A DNA stretch of 64,000 nt from contig OZ024748.1 of the NCBI GenBank assembly GCA_964016885.1, forward strand, positions 51,832,001-51,896,000, in the 5' to 3' direction. This DNA comes from Eledone cirrhosa. Its lineage: Eukaryota. Below are positions 12,915-26,374 of the stretch, piece by piece. The position numbers and the translations under genes were made by a program. The notes under the pieces were generated by a model. It was not told the origin of the DNA. It did not search any database and saw only the letters and a program-made list of their open reading frames with translations. The number at the start of each line of letters is the position of its first letter. Within the stretch, counting starts at the first letter, position 1.

Positions 12915-13755
12915 CAATGCATGCATGGTCCCATAACTCCTGAAGGAGTTGTAGAGGTGCCATATTGACATACAGCATTTCTGGGGCATTTTAAAACATG
13001 GTGAATCTCATCTCCTCTCCAGGTCTGCATACAGCAGATTTCTTCCAGAGAATGATAGAGAGTGAGACAGTGAGGAAGTGGGAAAGAGATATAAAGAAAG
13101 AATTGACCCCAGTACTTGGCTGGTACTTTTTTTTATCAACCTTGAATAGATGAAAGGCAAATTTGATCTTGGCAGGATTTGAACTGAAAGAACAGAGAGC
13201 TGGAATGAATAGCACAATGTATTCTAGAAGATGATGATAAGAATGGTAAGAATTATAATCTCATATCTTATTGCTATGAGAGTGATGGATGAGGAGGTAT
13301 TACAAAACATACAACATTAATGGGGTTTTACACAGAAACCAGATAAATTTACCCTTTTATTACCATATTTCTAATGGAAGACATTACCTACTTTGGTAGT
13401 TGAATATTTATTGAAATAGAAATTAAGAGAAAGAAAGTGAAAATAGTACCAATAATAATTGGATCACTAGAGATAATAAACCATAAAAATAAAGCCATAC
13501 TATGGGGGCTATAGACCTTAATTCCTGATGGAGTTGGAAGAGGGCCATATTGATTTATGGCATGTTTTGGGCATTGAAACCCAGATAAACAGAATAAGGG
13601 GGAGATAGAGAAAGTGAGGAAGATATAAAAGAAGGACTGGATTGGTAATTTATTAATTGACCTTGAAAGGATGAAAGGCAAAGTTGACTTCAGCAGGATT
13701 TGAACTTTGATCACTGAGGGCTGAAACAGGTACTGCGAAGCATTCTATCCAATGT
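12915..13755 (-). mobile_element. Two SINE family B copies (12915-13225, 13495-13755)
   Basis: Homology to 38630-38950 and 1428-1815. Confidence 0.7.
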
Positions 13756-13959
13756 TCTAATAAAACTAAACAAATTAGGAAAAGTCAGCCTAACAAGACA
13801 TTTTTAATTCAATAGCACAACATAAAGAATATCTCTTCCCACTCAACACAAACCCTATATAATAACCAAGTAATAAAATAACACAAACCACACAACATAT
13901 ACACTAAAAAACAATACTGCTAAAGAATATAACACAACACATACTCTACAGAGTCTTTC

Positions 13960-14090
13960 ATTGCCCACTTATTCCTGAGAGGATTGTTGGGGCAGAGTCC
14001 TCAAACATTCTTTCCAGCAAATCCTATCAGAAGCAACTGTCTCCAATTGATTCAGCTGAATCTCTAAGTGAGACCAGCCAACAGCTCAAA
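13960..14090. repeat. Unclassified interspersed repeat, second copy at ~32458-32565
   Basis: ttgcccac.tattcctg.gaggat...ggca.agtcctcaaaca.tc..tccagca shared. Confidence 0.6.
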
Positions 14091-14122
14091 AGATAACAAA
14101 ATCAAAATTGCTATCTGACACT

Positions 14123-14552
14123 ATATAATTGGATATATGAGAGAGATGAACACAGATATAAGAATACATGTGTTCCAACTGCAAAGAACCAAGTTAGCTA
14201 GGTTGAAAACATACTTATTTAAAACAAAATGGTTTGCCTGACTCGATTTAAAGTAATAAATCAATAAAAATAACAAACCTATATCAGGAAATAGCCTTTG
14301 ATACCTGGACAGACCTAAATCTGTTTTGCAAGAATTATTAAGTGAAAGCCAGAATTCCTAGGCCTGTCCGAGTATCAAAGGCTATTGCCCGATATAGGTT
14401 TGTTATTTTTATTGATTTATTACTTTAAATCGAGTCAGGCAAACCATATTGTTTTAAATTAGTATTTTTTTAACCTAGCTAACTTGGTCATTTGCAGTTG
14501 GAACACATGTATATTTATATCTGTGTTCATCCCTCTCATATATCCAATTATA
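14123..14552. repeat. Long inverted repeat, ~195-bp arms with ~40-bp spacer
   Basis: atataattggatatatgagag...ggacagaccta / taggcctgtcc...ctctcatatatccaattatat; 14-bp direct repeat tatctgacactata at 14112 and 14632. Confidence 0.9.
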
Positions 14553-14644
14553 TTACACGGCTCGGAAAGATTTCCTTCTTTGAGCTATTTAATTGTAAAA
14601 GACTATTTTGAGTTTCTAACTCAATCTATGATATCTGACACTAT

Positions 14645-14845
14645 AATGATTTCTAATTTAGACATAAGGCTAGCAATTTGTGAGGAGGAGAAAGTCCATC
14701 ACTTAAACCCCAGTACATGACTAGTACTTGTCATCACTGCAAGGATAAAAAGCAAAATTAACCTCATCAGAATTTGAACTGAGAATATAAAGAACTAGAA
14801 CAAATGACATTTTATTTGAGACGAACCAATTTTACCAATCTGCCA
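14645..14845 (-). mobile_element. Diverged SINE family A
   Basis: Family motifs on minus strand. Confidence 0.65.
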
Positions 14846-14861
14846 TTTTGTAAAACTGACC

Positions 14862-15140
14862 AATGGAACAGCCTGCTCGTGAAATTAACGTGCAAGTAGC
14901 TGAGCATTCCACAGACACACTTACCATTAACATAGTTCTCAGGGAGATTCAGTGCGACACAGAATGTGACAAGGCTGGTCCTTTGAATTACAGGTACAAC
15001 TAATTTTTGCCAGCTGAATGGACTGGAGCAACGTGAAATAATGTGTCTTGCTCAGGGACACAACGTACTATCAGGAATCAAACTCATGACCTTACAATGG
15101 TGAACTGAATAGCCTAACCTCTCAGCCACGCGCCCTCACA
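14862..15140 (-). mobile_element. tRNA-headed SINE, tail type 2 (also 19215-19440 +)
   Basis: Shared head plus gttgtac.tgtaattca...ccagcctt.tcaca...ctgaatctccctgagaact. Confidence 0.75.
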
Positions 15141-15682
15141 GTTTTGTATATACTAACATAGAAATACAAAATACTGTAATGGCTCCTCCCTTCTTGCGAA
15201 ACTTCATCTATGTACAACACATCAAGTATACCAAACATATATGTTGAGCTGAAAATACATAATATACACAAAGAAATTGTTTGCCAAACCAACCAGAAGA
15301 TATTATGAGGATCCATGGTTGAAGTATACAGAAATTCTAAATATGATCGTTGATGAGGCAAAGAAATTAACACAATAAAGATGTGAGTTGGCCAAGCTAG
15401 TCAATGAAATAAGTTTGCCTCAGGGATTTTAATGAAGTTGATGGAGGATCTCTTGGAATGGAGGATCTCTTGGAATGGAACAGAACCACACTTATTGAAC
15501 CACACTTTGATTGAACTGAAGTTTTCTTATTGCAAACTATGGATTTCCACCATCAGTGTTGTTGTTGGTGGTGGCAGTAATAGTAGTCATGCAACTCACA
15601 TTCTACATAGCTACCATTCATTATAACATAAGTCATGATCTGCAAAATCACTGACCACCACGAAAAACACATAACACTAACC

Positions 15683-15726
<44 letters not shown>

Positions 15727-16096
15727 ACTCACTCACTCTCTGTTTCTCCCCTTCTCACTTCCTCTCGGATGGTCTGTATCTCGCTCGCTCATGAAATCCA
15801 CCCAGCTAAAGCTGACCCGATAAGCATGTTGCTTGTTTTTTCATATCTTTGCATTGCTATCAATCCTTCCATGTTTGTTTACTTGTCTCGCCCGCTTTAC
15901 GCGATTTACTTGTCTCAATAGCTTTATTTAGCTATTGCTTGCAACAACCGGAGGTATATGATTTTTAAGGCGATGAAATACCAATGAAGGTTGGAAAATC
16001 ACTGTCGAAGGACTATTTTTATCATATGTAAACCATGTGCAACCACGCAGTATTCTTTCTTCTCATGTTTTTATATATATATATATATATATACTT

Positions 16097-16448
16097 GATA
16101 AATTCCGACCTCACACACTTACACCTCTCCAAGATTTTTGGCGCTACACAGTTATACAGAAGACCCGCCTTGCCTAAGTACAAAGCGAAAGCTACAGTCA
16201 GTAGGCACCTCTAACAAAATACACCACTGTAGAATCAGCTGTAGAAATGAGATGATAGGGACTGGGGTCCCTATCATTCCACTGCAAAGTGGTCGTGGAG
16301 GTGCCACGACAAAACAACACCCAGCACTCACTGTAAATGAGGTTGGTGTTAGGAAGGGCATCCAGCTGTAGTAATCAAGCCAGAATCAGTTCCCGTTCCA
16401 CCCTTGCAAGCAGGGAAAAGTGGACGTAAAAGGAAATGATGATGATGA
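16097..16448 (+). mobile_element. Chimera of RTE ORF end/3'UTR fragment and RTE-tailed SINE body
   Basis: 16097-16225 matches 27643-27790; 16237-16448 matches reverse complement of part of 2481-2745. Confidence 0.75.
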
Positions 16449-16479
16449 TATATATATATATATGATATATATATATATG

Positions 16480-16510
<31 letters not shown>

Positions 16511-17034
16511 CATCATCACTGTTTAATGTCTATTTTTCCATGCTGGCATGGGTTAGACAAGTTATCCTGTTGTGAGCAATGGCAGGTCAGGTGACCATGT
16601 CTTGCTCATACAGAACCGATTCTGCTTTTGTTTCTACAATTGGATTCCCTTCCTAACACCAACTTCATTTACAATGAATACTGGGTGCTTTTGTCTTGAC
16701 GTAGACATGACCACTTTACAGCATGGACTGGGTGCTTTTTTGTTGTGACGTCTATACGACCACTTTACAGTATGGACTGGGTGCACAAGTATATATATAT
16801 ATGAAACAAAAACAGTACCCAACAAAATAACACAACTTACACATATCCAACAGACAAAAACCTAAAATAACACCCCCCAAAAACAATAGAATGCCCATAA
16901 CAAAGCAAAACTGATCTAGTATACTAACATAATTCTACTTCTCCAAAAGACAATGTTGTACACAGCTCAGAAACACAAAGGTGTAGATGGGGCTACAGTA
17001 GAAACTTGCATTAAACTCTTGAAAGCATGATAAT

Positions 17035-17230
17035 AATTATTGTTTCTACTTTTGGCACAAGGCCAGCAATTACCCCAGTGTATTACTGGTACTTTATTTT
17101 ATCGACCCCCGTAAGGATGAAAGGCAAAGTCAACCTCGGCGGAATTTGAACTTAGATCGTAAAGGGACGTAAGTATGCTGCAAAGCATAGCGTCCGACCC
17201 TCTACCAATACTGCCAATTCACCGCCCTTA
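17035..17230 (-). mobile_element. SINE family A, full length
   Basis: High identity to 8338-8535. Confidence 0.9.
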
Positions 17231-17454
17231 TATGGTATATGATAATGATAATAATAAATACTGTAAAGAAGCAACAATTGTCAGTTTCCTTGCAGTTAAA
17301 TGACATCAAAGTTACCGATTTTCTCTTTGACTGCTTTCGATTGTTTATATACATGCGTGTGAGTGTTTGTGTGTGTATATATGCATGTGTGTGAGTGTTT
17401 GTGTGTTTATATATGCATGCATGTGTGTTTTTTTTTGTTTGTGTTTATGTATGT

Positions 17455-17492
<38 letters not shown>

Positions 17493-20400
17493 ATATATGT
17501 ATGTATATATATATATATAAGTATATATATATATGTATATATATATATGTATATATATATATGTATGTATGTGTATATATGTATATGTGTATGTAAGTGT
17601 GTATGCACACATGTAGGTGTAAGTACATAATCATGCTCTTTTAAACGCATGTCTGAGAAAGTTTAACGAAGAAAAGATTAATCAGGGGAATGAAGGCATG
17701 GGGTGGGGTGGCACGGCGTGTGGGTGGTGGAGCTTGAAACTAAAACAGAGAGAAGTTAACTGCCACTATTAGCCTCACCTCCTACCATCACTCGCCACAA
17801 ACAGCAACAAACAAATGTAAACAGAATAAATAGCAAGCAACAGTGAAACTAATAAAATATACATTTTGTCTTTTTCAAAAATCTACACTGCCTCCACCAC
17901 CACCGCCACTTCCACCACCACTTCCATCACCACCACCACCACCATCACAAAGAGAACACCAGTTAGAAGTTTAAAGAAAAAGCACAGTGAGACAGCAGGG
18001 ATATAAAAGTGAAGAAAACTACCACAAAAACATTGTTTAAAGGAATTAATTGATGACAGACAAAACAGATAATTAAAAACAAAAAATGCAGAAAAGTATA
18101 ATTAATCTTTTTTTTTTTTGCTTAATTTCAAATAAATATGTTGTTGTTGTTGTTATTATTGACATTGTTTATTTTGAAAAGAGTAGTAGTAGCGGTAGTA
18201 GTAGTAGTAGTAGTAGTAATAGTAGTAGTTGCTTGTGTGTTTGTTATTTTGAATAGAGTGTTATGTATTATTATTATTATTATTATTATTAGTAGTAGTA
18301 GTAGTAGTTGTTGTCATTGTAGTTATTGTTGTTGTTGATTATGCGCTTGTTATTGTAGTCTTTAATTAAATGTCTACAGTAGCTTGTCTTCGTCGTCTCG
18401 TTATTTTAATGTTGACGAGGATAAGTCTAGCCTTGTCTTAGTTTCATTTTGTCTTCAGTCTCCTTTCATCTTTGTTTCACTCTAACATAAGATGACACCA
18501 TTTCATCAATTGTTCTCACTGCACAAAGTCTACATCATGTCTTCTGCATTTTCTTTGTTTTTCGCATACAGTTTCTCTTTGATTTTCTTTTTTGTGTTTT
18601 GTTTTCATCTTTAATGGAGTGTATGTGTTTGTTTTAGCTGGGGGGTTTTTTTCAGATGTTTTTTCAAATCATTTTACTAACGTTAGGAAGAATTAGTACA
18701 ACTCTGTGTGTGTATATATGTGTGTGTGTAACTGCATTTGTATATTTATGTGAGTAATTTCGTCAGTTTGCACTCATTTTTTTTTCCCATACTCGAATGG
18801 ATTGCATGAATCTCACAACATCACATCGCCGGTCGTAGTCTTTCCTTTTCTGACACACAACTAAAAACACAGAAAATCCATAATCTTTATTGCTCTAGCA
18901 AAACCATCTTTGATAAATCTAAAAGATTATTTCTACAGTCTGCAGTGTCAATTCATTCAATCTACTTCTTTTAGCATTGTTTTCCCAGCTTCATGTCCCT
19001 CCTATCACCACCCACATTACAGCATGGGTTGGACATATCTTATAGCACCACTGACACAGGAGAGGTTTTCCCAGCTTTATATCCTTCCTATAACCAACCA
19101 TATTTCAGCATGGGTTAGACACATATACTGCTACAGCCTTAGAGAGGTTTTCCCAGCTTCATGTCCTCTCTATCACCACCCACATTACAGTATGGGTTGG
19201 ATACATTTTAGAGGTGTCTTAGTGGTTAGTGTGTTCAGCTCATAGTTGTAGAGTTGTGAGTTTGATTCCGGGAACCAGGCATTTAATTATGTCCTTGAGC
19301 AAGACACTTTATTTCATATTGCTTCCATCTATTCAGCTGGTAAAAAAAAAGTTGTACTTGTAATTCAGGGAGCCAGCCTTATCACACAATATCACACTGA
19401 ATCTCCCTGAGAACTAAGTTAAGGGTGCCTGTGTTTGAGGAATATACAGTAGTAGTGGTGGTAGTAGTAGTAGCAGCAGCAGATAAAGCAGATATTTACT
19501 TATACCCTCCTTTACATCTAAATGTTTGTTTTTCTTCTCCATCTTCTATATATCATTACTACTTATATTTCCTTGTCTATATCATCATCATCATCACCAC
19601 CATTATCATCATCATCACCACCATTATCATCATCTTTATCTTAATCACATTGTCTTGTCTCTCCTATTATTCTATTTGTCTCCAGCCCCACACACTTCAC
19701 CCTGACCTCCTACCACCACCACCATCTCACCTCTATCCACTTTTATACAACTTTTAACAATTAATGACACTATGTCAAAAGATGCTCTTAGCAAAACACT
19801 CATTAATTACAGCTTCATTATCAAAATATACCGTTTCATTTATTGTTTTCATTACCATTTTTATTCCTAATTGTCTTTTTTTACCTTTATTTTATTATTT
19901 TTCTATTTTCTTATTATTTGTCTGTTTGTTGTTTTTTCCTTATTCTTTTGTAGCTTTTCGTTGTTTATATTTAAAATTTTACCATTATTTGTTTATGTAT
20001 GTATTTATTTATTTCAAATTATATATATTTTTTAAAATAAAAAAATAACATACAATAACATAACAATAACAACATACCAGCCACAAACAAAACAAAAACA
20101 AACCACTAAACTCTAAACAACAGTATAAACACTATTCAAATAGTAGGAAAAACAATTATAAAAAACAAGAAAACAACAACAGCTACACATATAAAAAAAA
20201 ATTAACAAAAATTAAGAAACAATACACAAACTATAATCATACGGCAGCAACAATATGAAATAATACAATAAACAACAACAACAACAACAACACACACTAA
20301 AAAAATAATGACAAGACAATGATAAAAAAACATATTTTCTAATAGCTTGTTTCTGATAGTTTAAGATGATTTGTGTTCAAATGATAAATTAGTTTAACAA

Positions 20401-20885
20401 GTCTCACTATTGATGAGTTTATCATAGAGAAAAGAAAACAAATCACACACATTTATAGAGACATTCACACATGATTGCTTAGCTGTACACCCAGGAATAC
20501 ACATAAATGTCCCTACCTTCATTATTGTTTTAATGTTACTGTCAAATTATATTTGAACTAATCAAAATCATACTTAGGACAATTTCACATCAATTGAATT
20601 CTTTTGAGTGCATTTGTGTACCTGTCTGTGTATGTGTATTACTGCTTGTTTGTTATGTGTAGATGGCTGCTTATGTAGATTGGTGTATGTGTGTATATAT
20701 ATGTGTGTATATCTTCTATGTGCATCTTTAATTCTTCTATGTGATTTCTTCAATCTATGAGTCTGATTATACAAATCTATGTATGGAGTTTTATGCACAC
20801 CTATGCAGTTTATGTATAGAGATCATAGAATATATATATATATATGATATTAAATAAATGGAAACTATATTTATAAAACCATATT

Positions 20886-20951
20886 TATTTCATTATATAT
20901 ATTTCAGGGATATCATATTAACAATATGTTATGCCTTCCTCAGACAAAATA
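20886..20951 (-). ncRNA. Type I hammerhead ribozyme motif (family B)
   Basis: Minus strand TATTTTGT-CTGAGGA-AGGcATAaCATATT-gtt-AATATGaTATcCCT-GAAA-TATATA-TA-ATGAAATA. Confidence 0.8.
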
Positions 20952-21432
20952 CAATATAGACAGTTTTATAGATAAATAGATTTGACATACCGTTCAACAT
21001 TGACTTGTATTTGAAAAAGTTGATTTGGCACATATATATATATGTATATATGTGTGTGTGTGTGGGTGTGTCTATGTATATATATATCATTATCATCATC
21101 GTTTAACCTCTATCTTCCACGCTAGCATTATGGGTTAAACAATATATATATATATATATATATGTATATACGTGTATATACAGTTCCTGTATGAGCAAGG
21201 CATGGTCAGCCGACCAGACACTGCACACAACAGGACAACCCGTCTAACCCATGCTAGCGTGGAAGAACGGACGTAAAACGGTGATGATGATGATGATGAT
21301 GATGATATATGTATATATGTGTATATATGTGTGTATATATGTGTGTATATATGTGTATATATGTGTGTATATATATATAAGTTTATCCCGGGTTCAGTAG
21401 GGGGTAACCACAGTCAGTAAGGCACTCAATAA

Positions 21433-21548
21433 ATATTTAATATAGAAATAGCTTCTACAGGACTAGAACTGTTTCATTCGGGAGAAATCATCAGGAATTT
21501 CTCCTGAATGAAACGACAGTTCTAGTCCTGTAGAAGCCATTTCTATAT

Positions 21549-21555
<7 letters not shown>
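21433..21555 (-). ncRNA. Hammerhead motif (family C) in an inverted duplication
   Basis: Minus strand ttc-CTGATGA-tTTCtcccGAAt-GAA-ACAG-ttctagtc-CTGT-A-gaagc; arms 21433-21488 and 21497-21555. Confidence 0.7.
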
Positions 21556-21617
<62 letters not shown>

Positions 21618-22262
21618 ATAATAATAAATGTGAAGACTAAAATCCAAAGAGGGCTCGATAAGGATAAATATATATCAAATATATAGGAACCCTAGAGCAA
21701 ATATTACATATACATATATATATATATGTGTATATATATATATGTGTATGTGTATATAGATATATATATATATATATATGTGTGTATGTGTATATAAATA
21801 TATATATATATGTGTGTGTGTATGTATATATATATATGTGTGTGTATGTATATAAATATATATATATATATATGTGTGTGTATGTATATATATATATTAT
21901 CATATCACCATCACCATTAAATGTCTATTTCCAATGTCATCTACTGAGGCTATCTAGTCAGGTAACCAGATTTTGCTAGTATGTTGTGTTTGGGATTTGG
22001 CTTATATGGCTGAATGCCATTTCTAAAGAAAACCACTTTAGAGCATATACTGGGAGCATTTTATTGTGACTTCAACATTACCACATTACAGGGTTGACTG
22101 AGTGAATTTCACCATGGCAGCAGTACTATCACCTTACAGTGTGATTGTGTGTGTGTGTGTGTGTACATCAACATTTTCCATGCTGACATGGGTTGGATGG
22201 GTTGTTACAAACTAAGTCAGTACTTAACAAAGCTACTGTCCTCCACAGAGTGTATCATAGTA

Positions 22263-22395
22263 CAGGGTGTCCCTAAAGCCTGGACACATAGAAATATTGC
22301 TATTAATAACTATAATGTTTTTTGCCTCAGATTAAATATTTGTTTTACTGAAAATATATATTTTTCTTAAATGTCCAGTCTTTAGCGACACCCTG
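22263..22395. mobile_element. Tc1/mariner-type MITE
   Basis: TA|CAGGGTGTCcCTAAAGcCTGGACA...TGTCCAGtCTTTAGcGACACCCTG|TA; 24-bp imperfect TIRs and TA TSD. Confidence 0.85.
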
Positions 22396-22494
22396 TATTT
22401 GACCTTCTAAAATTGTCTTATATCATTACATTAGTAGGATGTGAGATCAGGTGTAGTTTTGAAAGAGTTCAATACACATATGTAGTTGCCAGTG

Positions 22495-22770
22495 GTAAAG
22501 ATCCCCTTCAGTCACAAATGAACATGGGATTTGCACGTTGAAATTTCTCCTCCGAGTAACAAGCCTGGGAAAGGTTGTTTGTAGAAGACCAACAGTCACC
22601 CATGCATACCAGTCTCCCCTCACCATGGCATTGATGTTGTCCAAGGGAAAGGCAAAGGCCAATACAGCTTGACAACAGTGATCACAATGCATCACCCAGT
22701 CCGGGAATTGAACTTACAACAACCTCCCAATTGCAAGCCCAATGTTCTAACCACTAAGCCATGTGCCTTC
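22495..22770 (-). mobile_element. tRNA-headed SINE, tail type 3 (also 33440-33785)
   Basis: Shared head plus gcctttcccttggacaacatca...catgggtgactg.tggtcttc. Confidence 0.75.
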
Positions 22771-24497
22771 AGATAACTCATCATTTATTACGTGAATGCA
22801 ATGTCTGTCTTTCTTAACAATTTCTGAAGTGTGAAATACAGCTTTGATTGTATACAGACTCCTTGAAATAACAAACTACAACAATGTTTACACTTGAGAA
22901 GCTATTATAATCAACAGTGTCATCGTTAAGTATCGGTGTGGGGGGTCCCTATTTTAATCCTAGAGAATCTTTGGAGAAGTTTTTGTTTTTTTTAATTTGT
23001 TTTTGTTTCATCCATTTTGAAAGGTATCTTAGACTCATGAAACCAGGTGTAAATGATAAATGGGATTTATTTCTATTAAGTCTGGAAGAGGTAGCTGGTT
23101 ATTATGATGAAATAGAGTAGTCTAAAATCACAAAAGGGGAGGCTGATGATGGTATTTTCTACAATTCAAGGTAAAATATTTCATTGCGTCTAAATTAATT
23201 TGTGGATAAAAATATACTCAGTGAGCAAATAAGATTAAATTGATTGAATGAACAATCTGGATAACTTATTTATGACTTTATAAGTTCTCTTAGACATTTA
23301 TCAAAATATTGTATATTTCCTATATCTCTTTGAGATACTTTTATAGCTAAGGACTTAAGGGGGAAAAAGTTTATAAAAATTTAGTTTGCCATAGCTTTAC
23401 TTTGTTTCATAAAGCTGGAAAAAAATACCCTTGGTGTTATTTCTATAGTCCAACTGGAAGACTACTATTAATACTCTGGAAAGCCTTCCAAAATTCTAAT
23501 GAACTATTCCAATTTATAAACTTGATGTTTGGTGTTAAAAATGGAGTGGTAAATTTCAGTAGAGTAATAACTTTTAATTGAGGCACATGGCCAGCTTTTA
23601 GCAGAACAATGAAAGAAATTATGAAAAAAGATGAATTATGAAAATTTGCAACCTTTCCACAAAAATAATAAAAAAAAAAATCAAAATTCACTGTTATTGT
23701 TCCAAGGTAGCTTTAGAGATGACGAGATGCTGCCAGACTGTATTAAACTGTCGCCTATATTTCAACTTCTTCTGTCTGAAAATTCCAAGGAACTTATATA
23801 TTTCATTGGATTAGTATTCAATATGAATGGATAAAAAGTTTTGCTGAAATTCCAGCAACTTTATTTGAAGGTTAACAATATCACTGTTTTCTATTGTTAG
23901 AGAAAATGTCTTGATGTGATTAAGAAACTGATATACAATGTTATAAAGATTTTGATATGTTCTAACACCTGGTTTATTACTTATTCTTCAAATAGACATA
24001 TCTATATCATAAACAGGATTTTTCTTAATGAAAAATCAGGAAATAATTTTCGTCTATTCACATCGAATAAATGATATGGGAAGGCTTTCTTATTTGATAA
24101 TCATCCAAAATCTGTTATTAAAAATATTAAATTATTTTGTAAGAAACTGAAGCTCTCTGATCTCTCTATATGAAATACAATACCATCCTCAAAGACAGCA
24201 TTTGGATGCAGATACCTAAAGTAGAAAACTTTCTCTAATTATTAAAGATTATTTATTTCATATCAAATGATAAAGATTATATATATATATATATATATAT
24301 AAATGTAAGTATGTATGTATATTATACATACATACTTACATTTAAGTAAGTGCCGTACTAAGAGTGAGAAATGAAATTTCGTTTCATTCTATTCCATTTA
24401 TATATATATATATATACATATATATATACATATGAATTCTGTGAGAGAACATCGTTATTTTTCTCCCTCATATCAAGAATTTGAAGACAATTCATTT

Positions 24498-24569
24498 TCA
24501 CCTGATGAGATCAGTGATAATCGATCATGGCTTCACGATCGATCTATCTCTTATTGAAACGTGTCGTGA
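24498..24569 (+). ncRNA. Type I hammerhead ribozyme (family D) with long stem II
   Basis: TCAC-CTGATGA-[47-nt hairpin incl. GATAATCGATC/GATCGATcTATC]-GAAAC-gt-GTC-GTGA; GUC cleavage triplet. Confidence 0.8.
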
Positions 24570-24650
24570 TTAAATGATTGGAATTTTACCTTGCCTTTGG
24601 ATTTTCATTTTGATACATATACATATATATATATACACATATATATATAT

Positions 24651-24681
<31 letters not shown>

Positions 24682-24943
24682 CATATATATATATATATTA
24701 TGAAATACTCTTGGCTTCTTGCTCACAAAATTTCTATACTTTTCATTTATATATATATATATATATATATACATATATACAATACATTAACAGAGAAAGC
24801 CTTAAGTGATACTCTGACCAACTCCATCTCACTCAACAAACATTAGGAGTATTTTCCCAATTTAGTGTTTGGGTGCTAACTATCAGTATTTCGTGAATAG
24901 CTGGTTGTATTATTTTATATGAGACATTATTAAATAGATATCT

Positions 24944-24999
<56 letters not shown>

Positions 25000-25002
<3 letters not shown>

Positions 25003-25290
25003 GAGCTTATATTTAATTTGTTGGGATTCAAACTTAAAATTTTTTATAACTGATATAAAGCACTCAACAGATTAGTGGAGTAAATACACAATTTATTAAT
25101 AAATGGAAACTATCCAGGAAGCACCAACTGTTAAGGTTGTCTTTTTTTCCGGGTATGTCAATATTTATTTATAAAACAAATCTGTATTTTATCTGATGAA
25201 AGCGCACCATAATTTGCCTTGGTTGCCCTTGAAATATATATAATAAAATAAATATGGTTTTATAAATATAGTTTCCATTTATTAATATAT
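25000..25290 (+). mobile_element. Penelope-like pLTR remnant (HHR family B) with inverted 3' segment at 25000-25113
   Basis: 25000-25113 is the reverse complement of the family 3' part seen at 36225-36340; flanked by (TA)n. Confidence 0.7.
25185..25250 (+). ncRNA. Type I hammerhead ribozyme motif (family B)
   Basis: TATTTTAT-CTGATGA-AAGcGCACCA...TGGtTGCcCTT-GAAA-TATATA-TA-ATAAAATA; perfect 8-bp stem I. Confidence 0.85.
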
Positions 25291-26330
25291 TGTATATACA
25301 TATATATACATACATATATATATACACACACATATATATATACACACACATATATATATATACACACACATATATATATATACACACACATATATATATA
25401 TATATATATAATGATAATAGTAATAATTATATTATTAATAAATGGAGTATTAATAGTTCTTTAGCAGAATATTAAAAGCTATATGCAATGGGGCTCCTGC
25501 AGAGCTGTTTTACACTAATTTAAAAACCCCAAAGATTCAAGACATTGTCAAATTGACATATGTTTCTGCCAACCTAATCCTCATCCCAGGGTCATAGAAC
25601 TGCAGTTCAAAAACCCTCAAAGTTTTAAATAGAAAATTAAAAACAAAATGTATAGTTTTATAACTTGTCCTTCAGGAGTTCGTTGAAGGTGGGCATCATC
25701 AGAGTTTATTTCTGCATGACAAAATTTAGCAGTTCTTTACTCATATATCATTCACAACAAAACAACAGATAGAAAGAATACGGAAGAAAGTTCAAGATTA
25801 CGAGAAATCTCCAAAAACTTTAGATTTTCTTCACAAAAAAATGAAAAGAGTTGTTTAAAATTCTTTTTCAAACAAACTCGTTTTGAAAACAAATAGTCCA
25901 TTTAGAAATAGTTGGAGTGTAGTAATGGCACATGTATGATAGGTTTTGTGACAGAGTTAGATATGTAGAGTCATGATTAAATGGAGCTTTTTGTTAATGA
26001 AATCCTGGGAATATCTTTTTAAGATTTACAGTGTGTGCTGGGTGCTTTTTGTCGTGACTCCTACACAACCATTTTATAGTGCATATATATATATACACAC
26101 ACACACACCCATATATGATTGTGTGTGTACAGACAACACATGTAAGTATGTGTATGTAAATAGAGTCTGCCGTGCTGAGACAGAGGAGACAACTAATCAT
26201 GTGAGTACTCGATACATGGGGAGATGTAGAGTGGGTATAGAGATATGTAAAATCCTGACTGCAGCACCAAGCAGTTTTGGCTTGGGCCCACAATCGAGAT
26301 ATTACATATCTCTATATATACATGTATATA

Positions 26331-26374
<44 letters not shown>

